A stretch of DNA of 46,067 bases from the IMG/VR virus record IMGVR_UViG_3300044556_000176. One strand, 5' to 3'. The position numbers were made by a program, and so were the translations under genes. This DNA comes from a virus. Of the stretch, positions 6,821-16,223 are shown piece by piece; positions within the stretch are counted from its first letter, which is position 1; every line of letters starts with the position of its first letter. The notes under the pieces are model-generated. The model worked only from the letters and a program-made list of their open reading frames with translations. It was not told where the DNA came from and did not search any database.

Positions 6821-7504
6821 CTATCGATTCCACTTCTTCTGGAGAGGGCACGGACGGTCGAACACAGACTCGAATTTGCAGCGGTGCTCATGCTCACACA
6901 CAGGCTGCAGATAGTCTGCGAAATCATCGCCCCATATGCGCCTCACTTCCTCTTTCATCTGGCGGATCACCTCACGCCATTCGCCCTGTGCTTGGAGGCA
7001 AAGCCTATCGCCAGCCAGACCGACAAGAGCACGATAATTGGTGCCAATGCCAATGCGAGTAACAACATTCGTAGGCAGAACGCCACGAGCATCCTGAGTC
7101 TCGACACCTGCATCGATGAGCTTATGATATGCATCCTCAACACTCTTCATCGTGTCGTTCCAGAGAGCCTTCTGCTCGTCTGTCTTCACGGACGGACCAC
7201 AAATCACATCCATGTCTTCGACTTTGGTGAATCGCATTGACTCCTGAGAGTAACTGAACCCGACACGATGGCGGACTGCCTGGTGCGTGAATGCACGAGA
7301 CACTCCATCCACCTGAAACACGAGTGTAATCCACTCGAACACGCCATTAAGCGCAGTTTTCTGCATCTCAGCGAAAATCTCGTCTGCCTCGGCATCGGAG
7401 ATATCGTCGAGCGAATGACGCATGTCTCCTCGCATGTTCAAGACTCCTGCAGCAATCACCTTCTTTGGCTGCGGAGTTGCAGATATGCAACTTACCTTTA
7501 CCAT
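6821..7504 (-). CDS. thyX: Flavin-dependent thymidylate synthase ThyX
   Basis: ThyX signature RHRVGFSYSQESMRF (RHRxxSxxxxSxR), and a length of 227 aa. Confidence 0.9.
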   Translation of the reverse strand: MVKVSCISATPQPKKVIAAGVLNMRGDMRHSLDDISDAEADEIFAEMQKTALNGVFEWITLVFQVDGVSRAFTHQAVRHRVGFSYSQESMRFTKVEDMDVICGPSVKTDEQKALWNDTMKSVEDAYHKLIDAGVETQDARGVLPTNVVTRIGIGTNYRALVGLAGDRLCLQAQGEWREVIRQMKEEVRRIWGDDFADYLQPVCEHEHRCKFESVFDRPCPLQKKWNR

Positions 7505-7523
7505 TTCTCATCCCTTCTGATAA

Positions 7524-7555
7524 GCTCCTGGAGAGCACACTTACCCTCCAGGAGC
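7524..7555 (-). promoter_or_regulatory. Perfect 10-bp stem-loop between genes
   Basis: GCTCCTGGAG (7524-7533) pairs with CTCCAGGAGC (7546-7555), with a 12-nt loop. No U-tract follows, so its function is unclear; it could be an attenuator or a processing/stability element. Confidence 0.4.
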
Positions 7556-7565
7556 ATGCCGTTAA

Positions 7566-7787
7566 CTACGAATTCCAGCGCTTGACGATTCCGTCAGTCA
7601 CATTGTCTGCAATCTGACCGTGACCCTTAGCGTTGGGGTGAGTCTTCTTGTACTCAACGATCGCCTCGGTGCATTCCTTGTGAAATCCAAGGTATGGCAT
7701 GTCAGACTCAGGATCGTCGGGCGTTTGAGACTCACGATAGAGAACCAGCTCGTCTCCATCGTAGTAACTAAAAACATATCGGCTCAT
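7566..7787 (-). CDS. Hypothetical protein (73 aa)
   Basis: Minus-strand ORF with a GGAGGTGAAAA ATG RBS. No family recognised. Confidence 0.6.
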   Translation of the reverse strand: MSRYVFSYYDGDELVLYRESQTPDDPESDMPYLGFHKECTEAIVEYKKTHPNAKGHGQIADNVTDGIVKRWNS

Positions 7788-7836
7788 TTTTCACCTCCTG
7801 TCTTGTCGTCAGGAGATATTATGCGCCATGATCTGG

Positions 7837-8184
7837 CTATTTTTCACCAGAATTTTCAATTTGTGGAATATTTTCGCCACCGAGCTGGGAAGGCAGATCA
7901 TCCTGATCATTGTCATCTGGCACTGAATGGGCGATGAGCTGACCGTCTTCAGTCAGATAGGCAGACTCAGTCATGATCCTGCCACCGCACGAAGCACACA
8001 GAGACAACATTGGTGCAGGACGAGATATAGACACGGGAGTGCTGAGTCCGTTCTTAAGCACTTGCAGTTTCTGACAACCAGACACTGCATACTTTAGAAT
8101 TCCAGCACCCTTGGTGAGATCAGCCCCGCAGTGAGGACACTCAAGTGGATACACGTTCCTCCGAACACCATTGACATCATTCAT
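7837..8184 (-). CDS. Zinc-ribbon protein (115 aa)
   Basis: CPHCG..(50)..CASCGG pattern. Overlaps the DnaE stop by 8 nt. Confidence 0.6.
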   Translation of the reverse strand: MNDVNGVRRNVYPLECPHCGADLTKGAGILKYAVSGCQKLQVLKNGLSTPVSISRPAPMLSLCASCGGRIMTESAYLTEDGQLIAHSVPDDNDQDDLPSQLGGENIPQIENSGEK

Positions 8185-11100
8185 CGTTTTCTCCTCCCAC
8201 GACGATCAGCTTCTTAGCGAAAAGCGTATCGTCGTTACCGCTGTTTTTGCTTGCCCTACAGAAGAACGAATTTCCGCTCTTCAGCTGATTGCCGTACTCT
8301 TCGAGGATATCCCCTCCAATGTAAACACCGATCACGCCTGTCGAATCGTTGAGCTGGATTACAGCAGACTTCTTACCGTCATGATTCTTCTTCTTGACAG
8401 ACGTGATTACACCGCGCACATAAACGGAGCCAGACTTGCCTTGCAGCGAATCGATATTCGTCCACGGGATTTCCTTGTATCCTGCAATGCGGTCAAGATG
8501 AGCCAGAGCCTGATGATTAACAGGGAGTGGATACCGATTGCGCCACGTCAAATAGTCTTCATCCCATGGGCGATTAGCAGCACCTAGCAGTCCCAACACC
8601 CGAATGGATTCCTGCACACGCTTGTTCACAACACGACGAGTCACGCGATTATACAGATCATCAAAGTCTGCATACGGTCTGTGTTCAAGGATATCATCTA
8701 CGGCTTTGTCGCCCATGCCCTTGATATGCGTTAGACCGAGCTTAATGGCTTTTACGCCGTGTTTGTTCGTGACAATACGGCTTTCACGTCCACTGTGATT
8801 GATGTCTGGCAAAAACACTTTTACACCATGCTGGATGGCGTCTGTAAGCGCAGAACGGAACTTGTCATCCTCGTGCTCACAGTTCATCAGAGCACAATAC
8901 CACTCGACTGGGTGATAATGCTTGAGCCACATGCACCAGTAGCCGATCTGAGTGTACTGGAATGCGTGGGACTTGTTGAATGCATACGAACCAAAGTGCA
9001 CCATCTCTTGGAACAGATTACGGGCATCGTACTCGCTCATGCCATGGGAAGTGGCACCTTCAAGGAATGCGGGTAGCTCCTTGTTGAACACGGCGACGCC
9101 TGGTTGACGTTTAATCATCTCACGCATTCGGTCTACGCCATGTGGGTCATAGTTGCCCAGCTGTCCGAAGATGAGCATAATCTGCTCCTGATACACGAGG
9201 ACGCCTTCAGTGTCCTTCGTGATTTCGTCATAGATAGGGTGAAGAGACGGCACCTCTTCACGACCAGCTCGACGGTCAACATACTTCTGGAACAGACCTG
9301 AGCGCATTGCTCCTGGACGGTACAGCGCATTGACGGCCACGAGGTCATCGAACGAATCGACAGGAATCTCCCTGAGCAGACCAGTCATCCCCTGAGAGTT
9401 GAACTGGAACACCCCATTAGTCTTTCCATCGTGGAAGTCTGCCAGGATTGCAGGATCTGCGTAGTCAAGAGCCAACAGATCGTCACGAGTTATGCCACTC
9501 AGGTCGCACGTTTCTCGAATGATACTGAGGGTCTTGATGCCGAGGATGTCGAGCTTCAAGAATCCCATAGCCATACATTCATGACCGTCGAACACCGAGC
9601 ACTTAACACCATTGCGAACATCAAGCGGCATGGCATCTGTGAGCGGGAACGGACTGACCAGAACACCGCTAGCATGCACACCGCGCTGTCGCTTGCGATT
9701 CAACAGAAGCTTGCATGCAGGCTCAAAGTCTGGGTACTTAGAGCACAGCTGCTTGCCAGGAATCGTACTTTCAAGAATGTCGGTAACAATAGCGAGAGAC
9801 GATGCGAGCTTCTGGCTTCCCTTGTCTCCTGGAGTGACGAGGGAAGATGCCTTGTTCACTTCTGCACGAGGAATATCCATGCATCGTGCAAGGTCTTGCA
9901 TCACCATCTTCTCCCCGAGATTGCCGTACATCCCCATCGAGGCGACGTTCGCTTCACCATACTTTTCAATGAGATAATCTTTGATCTCTTGTCGGCGCGA
10001 ATCCTCGAAGTCCAGATCAATGTCTGGCGGCTCCTCACGTCCTGGTGCGAGGAATCGTTCGAACATAAGGTCGTGAGCGACTGGGTCAGGGTCTGTAATT
10101 CGGAGAGCAGCGCAGACAAGGCTTCCACCAGCTGATCCACGACCTGGACCATAGAAGATACCACTTCTTCGAACGAATTCAAGCATGTCGTCAATGAGGA
10201 GAAAGTATCGGACGAATCCCTGTTCGTGGATGTAATTGAGCTCATATTCGAGCCGTTCGATATATCTTGAGTCATCGCGCTTCCCATCCCACTTTGGCTG
10301 AGCCATTCCAGCATACGTAAGCTCACGCAGCTTCTCATATTCCTCGTCATCAGACAGACCAGGATACGGCTGAGGGGTAAGCGACTTCCACTGTGGCATC
10401 TGGATGTCAACCATATCGCACACCTGCAAAGTGCCGTCAAGCGCACGACTAATGTCCATCTGTGTGAGATATGGATGATTCGCCAAAAGCAGACCACCCA
10501 TCTCGTTGCGAGTCATCGGGTGGAAGCAGTTGTCGTCGAATTCCCATACCTTGCCCTTTGAACCAGTACCGAGGTAGTACTTGTGGTACTGCTGCCAGTC
10601 TCGAAGGTAATGCGAGTCTGGAGTGGCGACCATAGGCAATCCGAGCGTATTCGCGACTCTAATGGCAGTCATGTTGATGGGAGTCTGCTTGTCAATTTTC
10701 GTCGGCATGATCTCCATGAAGAAGCGACCATCGAAAATCTCTGCCATCTGCATACCGAGCTTGAGAGGGTCTTTCACCTTCCCAAACATCGTATCCATGC
10801 AGCCAGACAAACAGATGACGTCCTCGCTGCACTCCTTAAGCCAACTGGGCTGAATACGAGGACGATTGTAGAAGCCATCCGTCCAGCCTCTGGTAGACAA
10901 TCTGAAAAGGTTTTGGCAACCCTTCCAGCTCTTTGCAAGCAGTGTTACATGGCTTCTGCGCTCTCCCTTGACGTGTTTGCTTGCATCGGGGACAATGTAA
11001 GCCTCGATGCCTACGATACCCTTAATTCCAGCCTTAGAAGCCGCCTTAAGCAGAGCATATCCAGAGCCCATGGCACCGTGATCTGTGATTGCGATTCCAG

Positions 11101-11206
11101 GCTGACCGTGCTCAACAACCCAATCGACATAATCCTCCACACGAGGCATGCCATCTAGCAAAGAAAACTCGCTGTGGCAATGGAGGTTCACGAAATCGTC
11201 TTTCAC
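8177..11206 (-). CDS. dnaE: DNA polymerase III alpha-type (DnaE-like) replicative polymerase, 1009 aa
   Basis: PHP motif VNLHCHSEFSLLDG, plus GIAITDHG, GPGRGSAGGSLV and ERFLAPGREEPPDIDLDF. The proposed GTG start at 11204-11206 overlaps the tmk stop (GTGA) and has a GAAGGAG RBS upstream. The track start at 11314 would overlap tmk by 112 nt. Confidence 0.9.
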   Translation of the reverse strand: MKDDFVNLHCHSEFSLLDGMPRVEDYVDWVVEHGQPGIAITDHGAMGSGYALLKAASKAGIKGIVGIEAYIVPDASKHVKGERRSHVTLLAKSWKGCQNLFRLSTRGWTDGFYNRPRIQPSWLKECSEDVICLSGCMDTMFGKVKDPLKLGMQMAEIFDGRFFMEIMPTKIDKQTPINMTAIRVANTLGLPMVATPDSHYLRDWQQYHKYYLGTGSKGKVWEFDDNCFHPMTRNEMGGLLLANHPYLTQMDISRALDGTLQVCDMVDIQMPQWKSLTPQPYPGLSDDEEYEKLRELTYAGMAQPKWDGKRDDSRYIERLEYELNYIHEQGFVRYFLLIDDMLEFVRRSGIFYGPGRGSAGGSLVCAALRITDPDPVAHDLMFERFLAPGREEPPDIDLDFEDSRRQEIKDYLIEKYGEANVASMGMYGNLGEKMVMQDLARCMDIPRAEVNKASSLVTPGDKGSQKLASSLAIVTDILESTIPGKQLCSKYPDFEPACKLLLNRKRQRGVHASGVLVSPFPLTDAMPLDVRNGVKCSVFDGHECMAMGFLKLDILGIKTLSIIRETCDLSGITRDDLLALDYADPAILADFHDGKTNGVFQFNSQGMTGLLREIPVDSFDDLVAVNALYRPGAMRSGLFQKYVDRRAGREEVPSLHPIYDEITKDTEGVLVYQEQIMLIFGQLGNYDPHGVDRMREMIKRQPGVAVFNKELPAFLEGATSHGMSEYDARNLFQEMVHFGSYAFNKSHAFQYTQIGYWCMWLKHYHPVEWYCALMNCEHEDDKFRSALTDAIQHGVKVFLPDINHSGRESRIVTNKHGVKAIKLGLTHIKGMGDKAVDDILEHRPYADFDDLYNRVTRRVVNKRVQESIRVLGLLGAANRPWDEDYLTWRNRYPLPVNHQALAHLDRIAGYKEIPWTNIDSLQGKSGSVYVRGVITSVKKKNHDGKKSAVIQLNDSTGVIGVYIGGDILEEYGNQLKSGNSFFCRASKNSGNDDTLFAKKLIVVGGENDE

Positions 11207-11757
11207 AACAGATTCATCTCCTTCAGATCTTTCACGATCGCCTTGCAGATGTTGCTCGCAGACGTCTTGCACTGGTGAAGCGTCAGCACAGGAACACCAG
11301 CACGAGCAAAGCACTCAGATGCTGCGAGCATACGGTGCTTCTGGTAGACAAGATCATCGTATCCCCAGCCAGCCTTGCACACATCAGGATCTCGCTCCAT
11401 GCAAGTGTCGACGTCTGTGTCCAGCATTACGATGACAGGCTTAACATCCTTAATCACCTGTGCAAGATACTCAAGATTTGAATCCGTACGCTGCTGATAA
11501 GCCCAGCAAGACAGCGTGGTCCTGTCGAGGATTGCGTTCGCCCCAGCTTTATCGAGAGTCTGGATTGCCACAGCTGCGACCTTCCACGAGTCTCGGTTGA
11601 AGCACGGAGCCGAGTGGCGAGACTTCCCATGAACGTACTCATACGGCTCAAGCATGTCCTTGTTCAAATCGAGAACGGGAAAGCCCAGCTCTTCACTCAG
11701 ACGAGCTGCGAGCGTAGACTTGCCTGCACCATCAATACCTTCGATAGAGATAATCAT
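11203..11757 (-). CDS. tmk: Thymidylate (dNMP) kinase
   Basis: P-loop IEGIDGAGKST and the DRTTLSCWAYQ motif (DRxxxSxxAYQ), as in Tmk. Confidence 0.8.
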   Translation of the reverse strand: MIISIEGIDGAGKSTLAARLSEELGFPVLDLNKDMLEPYEYVHGKSRHSAPCFNRDSWKVAAVAIQTLDKAGANAILDRTTLSCWAYQQRTDSNLEYLAQVIKDVKPVIVMLDTDVDTCMERDPDVCKAGWGYDDLVYQKHRMLAASECFARAGVPVLTLHQCKTSASNICKAIVKDLKEMNLL

Positions 11758-12584
11758 CGTTCATCCTTCCACGGTTCATTCATTCCAATAAAGTGGCATG
11801 CTGCATCATACAAAGTGCGAAAACGATGCACAAACGGTGCGCCAGTCCTGTTGTACGGACGGTCGACAATGTAGCACTGAATAGTCTGCTTACCTGCGAA
11901 TTTGACCAGATTCTTTGGGTCATCATCGAATATTGCCAACACGTCATTCACGTCATAATGATCATGGACGTAGTTGAACTTTTCCTTCGTGAACACGAGT
12001 TCACTGTACTGCAGGTCGTGCTGCTTAAGCCAGTACTCTGTGTCCTCTCGGATATTGTCATACTCGTCAGCAGGACGACTGGAGATGATGACCACGTCAT
12101 ACCACTGGGACAAACGTCTCAATGCGCCATGCGTGCCTGGAATCATGGTCATGTTGCGCTTATGACCTTCCACGCGCCACCGACGCTTAAGCTCAGCGTA
12201 GTCTGCATCATCGAGACACAGAATCTCGTTCAGATGGAGCGATGTCAGGTCGTTCGGAGACGGACTGAGCTGACCGTTGGTAGCCCATCGCAGGAAGTCT
12301 CCTCCGTAGTCTGCCATCACATTGTCAAGGTCAACAAAGACCTTCTTTCTGTTCTGATTCTTCACAGATGGTGCCCCCAATCCGCTTATGTAGCCGTACT
12401 CATCGATCAGTCCTCTGTACCAATCGATGAAGTGATGAACGTCTTTACCGTGACCGATGTAAATGGACGTGCTTGGAAATTCGTCCATGATGACCAGAAA
12501 GCCACGGTCGCCTTCAGAGTCAGGCTTCGACATTTTCAGCGAATAGCCTTCGTAGCAATCTACAATCGCGTACCCGTTCATCAC
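11754..12584 (-). CDS. HAD-superfamily 5'(3')-deoxyribonucleotidase-like phosphatase with an unassigned ~85-aa N-terminal extension
   Basis: HAD motif I VFVDLDNVMAD, motif II IISSRP, and motif IV FDDDPKN. This is the pattern of the NT5C family. 4-nt overlaps on both sides. Confidence 0.65.
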   Translation of the reverse strand: MMNGYAIVDCYEGYSLKMSKPDSEGDRGFLVIMDEFPSTSIYIGHGKDVHHFIDWYRGLIDEYGYISGLGAPSVKNQNRKKVFVDLDNVMADYGGDFLRWATNGQLSPSPNDLTSLHLNEILCLDDADYAELKRRWRVEGHKRNMTMIPGTHGALRRLSQWYDVVIISSRPADEYDNIREDTEYWLKQHDLQYSELVFTKEKFNYVHDHYDVNDVLAIFDDDPKNLVKFAGKQTIQCYIVDRPYNRTGAPFVHRFRTLYDAACHFIGMNEPWKDER

Positions 12585-13381
12585 TTGCCTAGACCCATCT
12601 TTTCAAGACGAGACATCGTATCATAGTATGCCATGTGAGCCATATATGTCGAGTCCCATTTTCCATACCTACCGAGAAGAAGGACATTCTCCTGGTGGTT
12701 GTAGAACTTTGCCTTACCGTCTACCTTAATGATCTTATGAGCACCTTCGACAGGTCTCAGATACTCTGTCTGCTCAACGCCATCGACCCTGCTGTAACGT
12801 GTCCAAGGGGCATCGATATCAACATTGTAGACAATTATGTTGTCTGGAGTAGAAGCCCAACTGTCGTGATTCGGATATGGACTACAGTCAGAAACATACA
12901 TCTCGCGATACAAGCACTGAGACTTCGAATGCGGATAAATCTTGTTCAAAGGAGCTGTGTTGATGACCAGGTCGAACTTACGAGACAGACCTCGCATGTC
13001 GCTAGGCATCACCTCGTCCTCTGTGATTCGCATACCTTGGAGCATGCTCCATGCGTCCATCCAGTTGTATGCCGTGACAGTTTTCATAGATCGGTGAATG
13101 GAGTTGTTCGTCTGGGAGGCTCCAGTCTTAATGGCATACAGCTCAGCCATAGCCCTCTGGTCTGCCTTGTTCCAACGCATGAACTTATCACCATAGCCCA
13201 CGAATGCAGTCTCGATCTCGATAGGCTTCAACGGGAGTCCACAATTGTCATGAAGATAGCGGACACCATGACCTGGATTCGGCTTAGTGGCAGATAGAAT
13301 GGTCGGCATAATGCCTTTGTCCATACAAGCCTTTGCTGCAAGCAAACCTGTCATGCCTGCACCGATGATTGCCACGCTCAT
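12581..13381 (-). CDS. Short Rossmann-fold FAD/NAD(P)-binding protein (266 aa), specific function unknown
   Basis: N-terminal dinucleotide-binding fingerprint VAIIGAGMTGLLAAKA (GxGxxG). ATGA overlaps with the primase-helicase stop and with the next gene. Confidence 0.6.
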   Translation of the reverse strand: MSVAIIGAGMTGLLAAKACMDKGIMPTILSATKPNPGHGVRYLHDNCGLPLKPIEIETAFVGYGDKFMRWNKADQRAMAELYAIKTGASQTNNSIHRSMKTVTAYNWMDAWSMLQGMRITEDEVMPSDMRGLSRKFDLVINTAPLNKIYPHSKSQCLYREMYVSDCSPYPNHDSWASTPDNIIVYNVDIDAPWTRYSRVDGVEQTEYLRPVEGAHKIIKVDGKAKFYNHQENVLLLGRYGKWDSTYMAHMAYYDTMSRLEKMGLGK

Positions 13382-16215
13382 TGATTCCTCATTTCTTCCA
13401 GCAATTTAATGAACATCGGCGTCTTTCGAAGCGTACCACGGCTCAGCCTTACAAGACGATGGCTTGAGAGATATCTGGTAATATTCGCCGAATCCTCTCT
13501 CGTCATGCCGCAGAAGTCTTCGATGTCCTGCCTCTTGAACTCATCATACGATGACAGGAACTGAAACACAAGAGGCTCGTCTTCCATCCACTTAATCACG
13601 TCATCCCGAGAAGCTCCAAGTGGTTCGTTCTCCTTGGCACGAGCCTCGCTGAACTGCTTGTATCGGAACGAGGACTTCTTGTAGCACTCGTTAACAAACT
13701 GTGCAGCAGCTTCGACATGCTCCTTCTTCACAAGCAGTCGATTTCCGTCATCCGTTGAGAACAAACGAGCTGCCCATGCCGCTGCCATACGAGCCAACTT
13801 AACACGGAAATCTGCACTCTCGACAAGAGGAATCTCGGAAGTGTACCCCTCACCCATCTTAACAGACAACTCGTAAATGAGCTTGCGAGCCTGCTTGGAG
13901 AACAAAACATCCTCAGGTCGACGAGACCACACCCACATAATCAGATTGTGACACAGCTCACTTGTGTACACATGCGGCACTTCTTCAGTGGTATTGCTGT
14001 TGATTACCTTTGAATCAACATCCTCGCTCGCAGAAGAAACAACCAGATCAAAGCGGGAAATATCCTCAGCCTTACCAATCAGCTGAGGTATAAACTCGAC
14101 AGGATACGTCCTACTGGAAACGTTGTCTCCGTACCTAGGATTGGAGATCCAGATAAGGCGCGTACGAGCAAGCGCACGCTCAGTCTGAATCTTCGTGATC
14201 TCTGCGACGCCACTGGAACGAATGCCAGACATGTTCGCAATCTCATCCTGAGTGAGACCAGAAGCCTCATCGATAACGACCAGTCGACGGTCGTTCAGAG
14301 GAATCTTTCCCCATGTGATCTGCCAGCGCTTGTTGACTTGTTGCAGACCACCAACAAGACCTGCATACGAGGATGCCTCGCCAGTAACGAATTCTCCGAG
14401 TCTGTAGTGTCGCATGAGCTGCTGGACAGTCTCGGTCTTTCCCGTACGAGTATCCCCGAACAGGAGAACCTCAAGCCATCCGCGCTTCAAAGGCTTGCCA
14501 TCGAAGTCAAAACGCAGCAGAGAATGATATGCCAAATCGACAGCAATGTGGACATCGTTCCTGCCATAGATTGATGTCACATTCGTAGACAGATCACGAA
14601 CGATTTCGTCCATTTTCTGTCGGACGGTCTGACCCTCTGCAGGCTGGAATACACTGAGCTCATTTTTCAGGTTATCGGACATCTCGAATGAGCTGATGTC
14701 GTCCTCGCTCCATTCCTTGTCGTAAAACAAATGAGTGGCATGCTGCGTGGAAGAGTCTGGCACGGTTATACCTGTGAACACGTAGCTCTTACCAGCCTGA
14801 ATACCGTGATCTACGATACTGACGTGACGAGTCACGTAGCTCTGGTTCTCGTCGTTCCAGCTAAGCTCAGGAATGATGACGAGATCTTCAATGTTGACAT
14901 TGTCAATCACGTCCAGATCTACGGTGCAGTCACCAAGCGCACCTGCAAATTCCTTCATTTTCGTACGCTGAACAGAGTCGCTCAGACCTCGAAGCTTCAT
15001 GAGGTTCGGAGAGTCCTTCGGAATGTTTACTTCAAGAGTGCCACCTGCTATGCCAATAGGGCAAACGGTACACTTCTTCTTGTTCGCTGAAGCGCAGCGG
15101 ACTACGTATCTATCTGGAACGATATAAGGCTCAAGATCTTTGCCTGCAACCACCGCTGCAGTACGAATACGCTTGCCAGCATACTTTGCAAGGGACGCCT
15201 CGTGAAGAGGGACGTCGTACACCTCGTTATCGTCCTCGTCCTGGAGGGTATTGCGAGGAACGGTCTTGTCGATGAGGTGTTGGAAGTCATCTCGAGTTGC
15301 ACCATAGCCGACTACCCAGTCCGTCACGTCCCCATTAGACGGCTCAGAAATAGGCAGATTCAGTATGCGAACGGATGAGACGATATGCTCAAGATTGTTT
15401 GCTACATTGACCATGCCGTTCTGACCAGCCTTGTCAATGTCGTAGCAAATATTGACCTCACGACTGTGGAACAATTGATTCCACTCAGGCTTCCAGTTAC
15501 CAGCACCACTGGTAGACGTGACCGCATTGAAGCCTAGCTGGTGCATTAGGATGCAGTCCATCTCACCTTCGCACAGGAAGATGGGGTCATCGCTCCACAG
15601 CGATGGATCTGGGAAAAGAGTAACGCCACCACGACCGCGCTCCCAGCTAATCACCTTAGATGAATCGCGCTTAGCCCAGTCGTACTGACGAATGTTATAG
15701 CAGCCCTCTTCATTGAACAGCGGGATTGTAATCCTACCATTGTGGTAGCCGAGTCTAAACTGACGAATAGTATCGTCAGTGAATCCACGCTTGTTGTGAA
15801 GAAAATCTAGCACAGCCGAATTGCACCAGAGATTGTCTACCAAACCATCGATCACGATATCGGAGATCGGAGGGAGCTTCTTCTTGGGTCGCTTTGTGAT
15901 TAGTTTGGGCTTCTTAGGCGACTCATCACCAACCAGCTCAATTTCTACATCACCAACGAAACCGTGGTCGCTAAGCCACTTACAAGCTCCCTTAAAATCT
16001 GTGTCCTCGTAAAGCTGAACGAATGTGTAGATGTCTCCCTTGAGACCGCATCCGAAACAAGTCCACAGACCCGTATTAAGATTGATAGACATCGACTCGA
16101 CGCTGTCGTTATGCCAAGGACACCTGACAGCAACTTCACCGCTGCTGTCAGGTGTCAGCTGCTGCCCAAATGCGTATTCAAAGTAGTCCTTAATGGACAT
16201 GTTCTGGGCAGACAT
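13378..16215 (-). CDS. Fusion of a DnaG-type primase (zf-CHC2 + Toprim) with an MCM-like AAA+ helicase (945 aa)
   Basis: CPWHNDSVESMSINLNTGLWTCFGCG (zf-CHC2). Toprim FLCEGEMD..YDIDKAG. Cys cluster RCASANKKKCTVCP. Walker A GDTRTGKT (14434-14457) and Walker B VVIDEA. MCM-like strings GEASSYAGLVGG and RTRLIWISNP, plus the Arg-finger motif SRFD (14047-14058). Confidence 0.8.
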   Translation of the reverse strand: MSAQNMSIKDYFEYAFGQQLTPDSSGEVAVRCPWHNDSVESMSINLNTGLWTCFGCGLKGDIYTFVQLYEDTDFKGACKWLSDHGFVGDVEIELVGDESPKKPKLITKRPKKKLPPISDIVIDGLVDNLWCNSAVLDFLHNKRGFTDDTIRQFRLGYHNGRITIPLFNEEGCYNIRQYDWAKRDSSKVISWERGRGGVTLFPDPSLWSDDPIFLCEGEMDCILMHQLGFNAVTSTSGAGNWKPEWNQLFHSREVNICYDIDKAGQNGMVNVANNLEHIVSSVRILNLPISEPSNGDVTDWVVGYGATRDDFQHLIDKTVPRNTLQDEDDNEVYDVPLHEASLAKYAGKRIRTAAVVAGKDLEPYIVPDRYVVRCASANKKKCTVCPIGIAGGTLEVNIPKDSPNLMKLRGLSDSVQRTKMKEFAGALGDCTVDLDVIDNVNIEDLVIIPELSWNDENQSYVTRHVSIVDHGIQAGKSYVFTGITVPDSSTQHATHLFYDKEWSEDDISSFEMSDNLKNELSVFQPAEGQTVRQKMDEIVRDLSTNVTSIYGRNDVHIAVDLAYHSLLRFDFDGKPLKRGWLEVLLFGDTRTGKTETVQQLMRHYRLGEFVTGEASSYAGLVGGLQQVNKRWQITWGKIPLNDRRLVVIDEASGLTQDEIANMSGIRSSGVAEITKIQTERALARTRLIWISNPRYGDNVSSRTYPVEFIPQLIGKAEDISRFDLVVSSASEDVDSKVINSNTTEEVPHVYTSELCHNLIMWVWSRRPEDVLFSKQARKLIYELSVKMGEGYTSEIPLVESADFRVKLARMAAAWAARLFSTDDGNRLLVKKEHVEAAAQFVNECYKKSSFRYKQFSEARAKENEPLGASRDDVIKWMEDEPLVFQFLSSYDEFKRQDIEDFCGMTREDSANITRYLSSHRLVRLSRGTLRKTPMFIKLLEEMRNQ

Positions 16216-16223
16216 TTTACATC

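Noticed and set aside
11207-11314. A 36-codon N-terminal extension of the DnaE ORF (track start at 11314)
   Set aside because: It would overlap tmk by 112 nt and its translation is Cys/Ser-rich nonsense. A GTG with a GAAGGAG RBS that overlaps the tmk stop gives a start just before the PHP motif.
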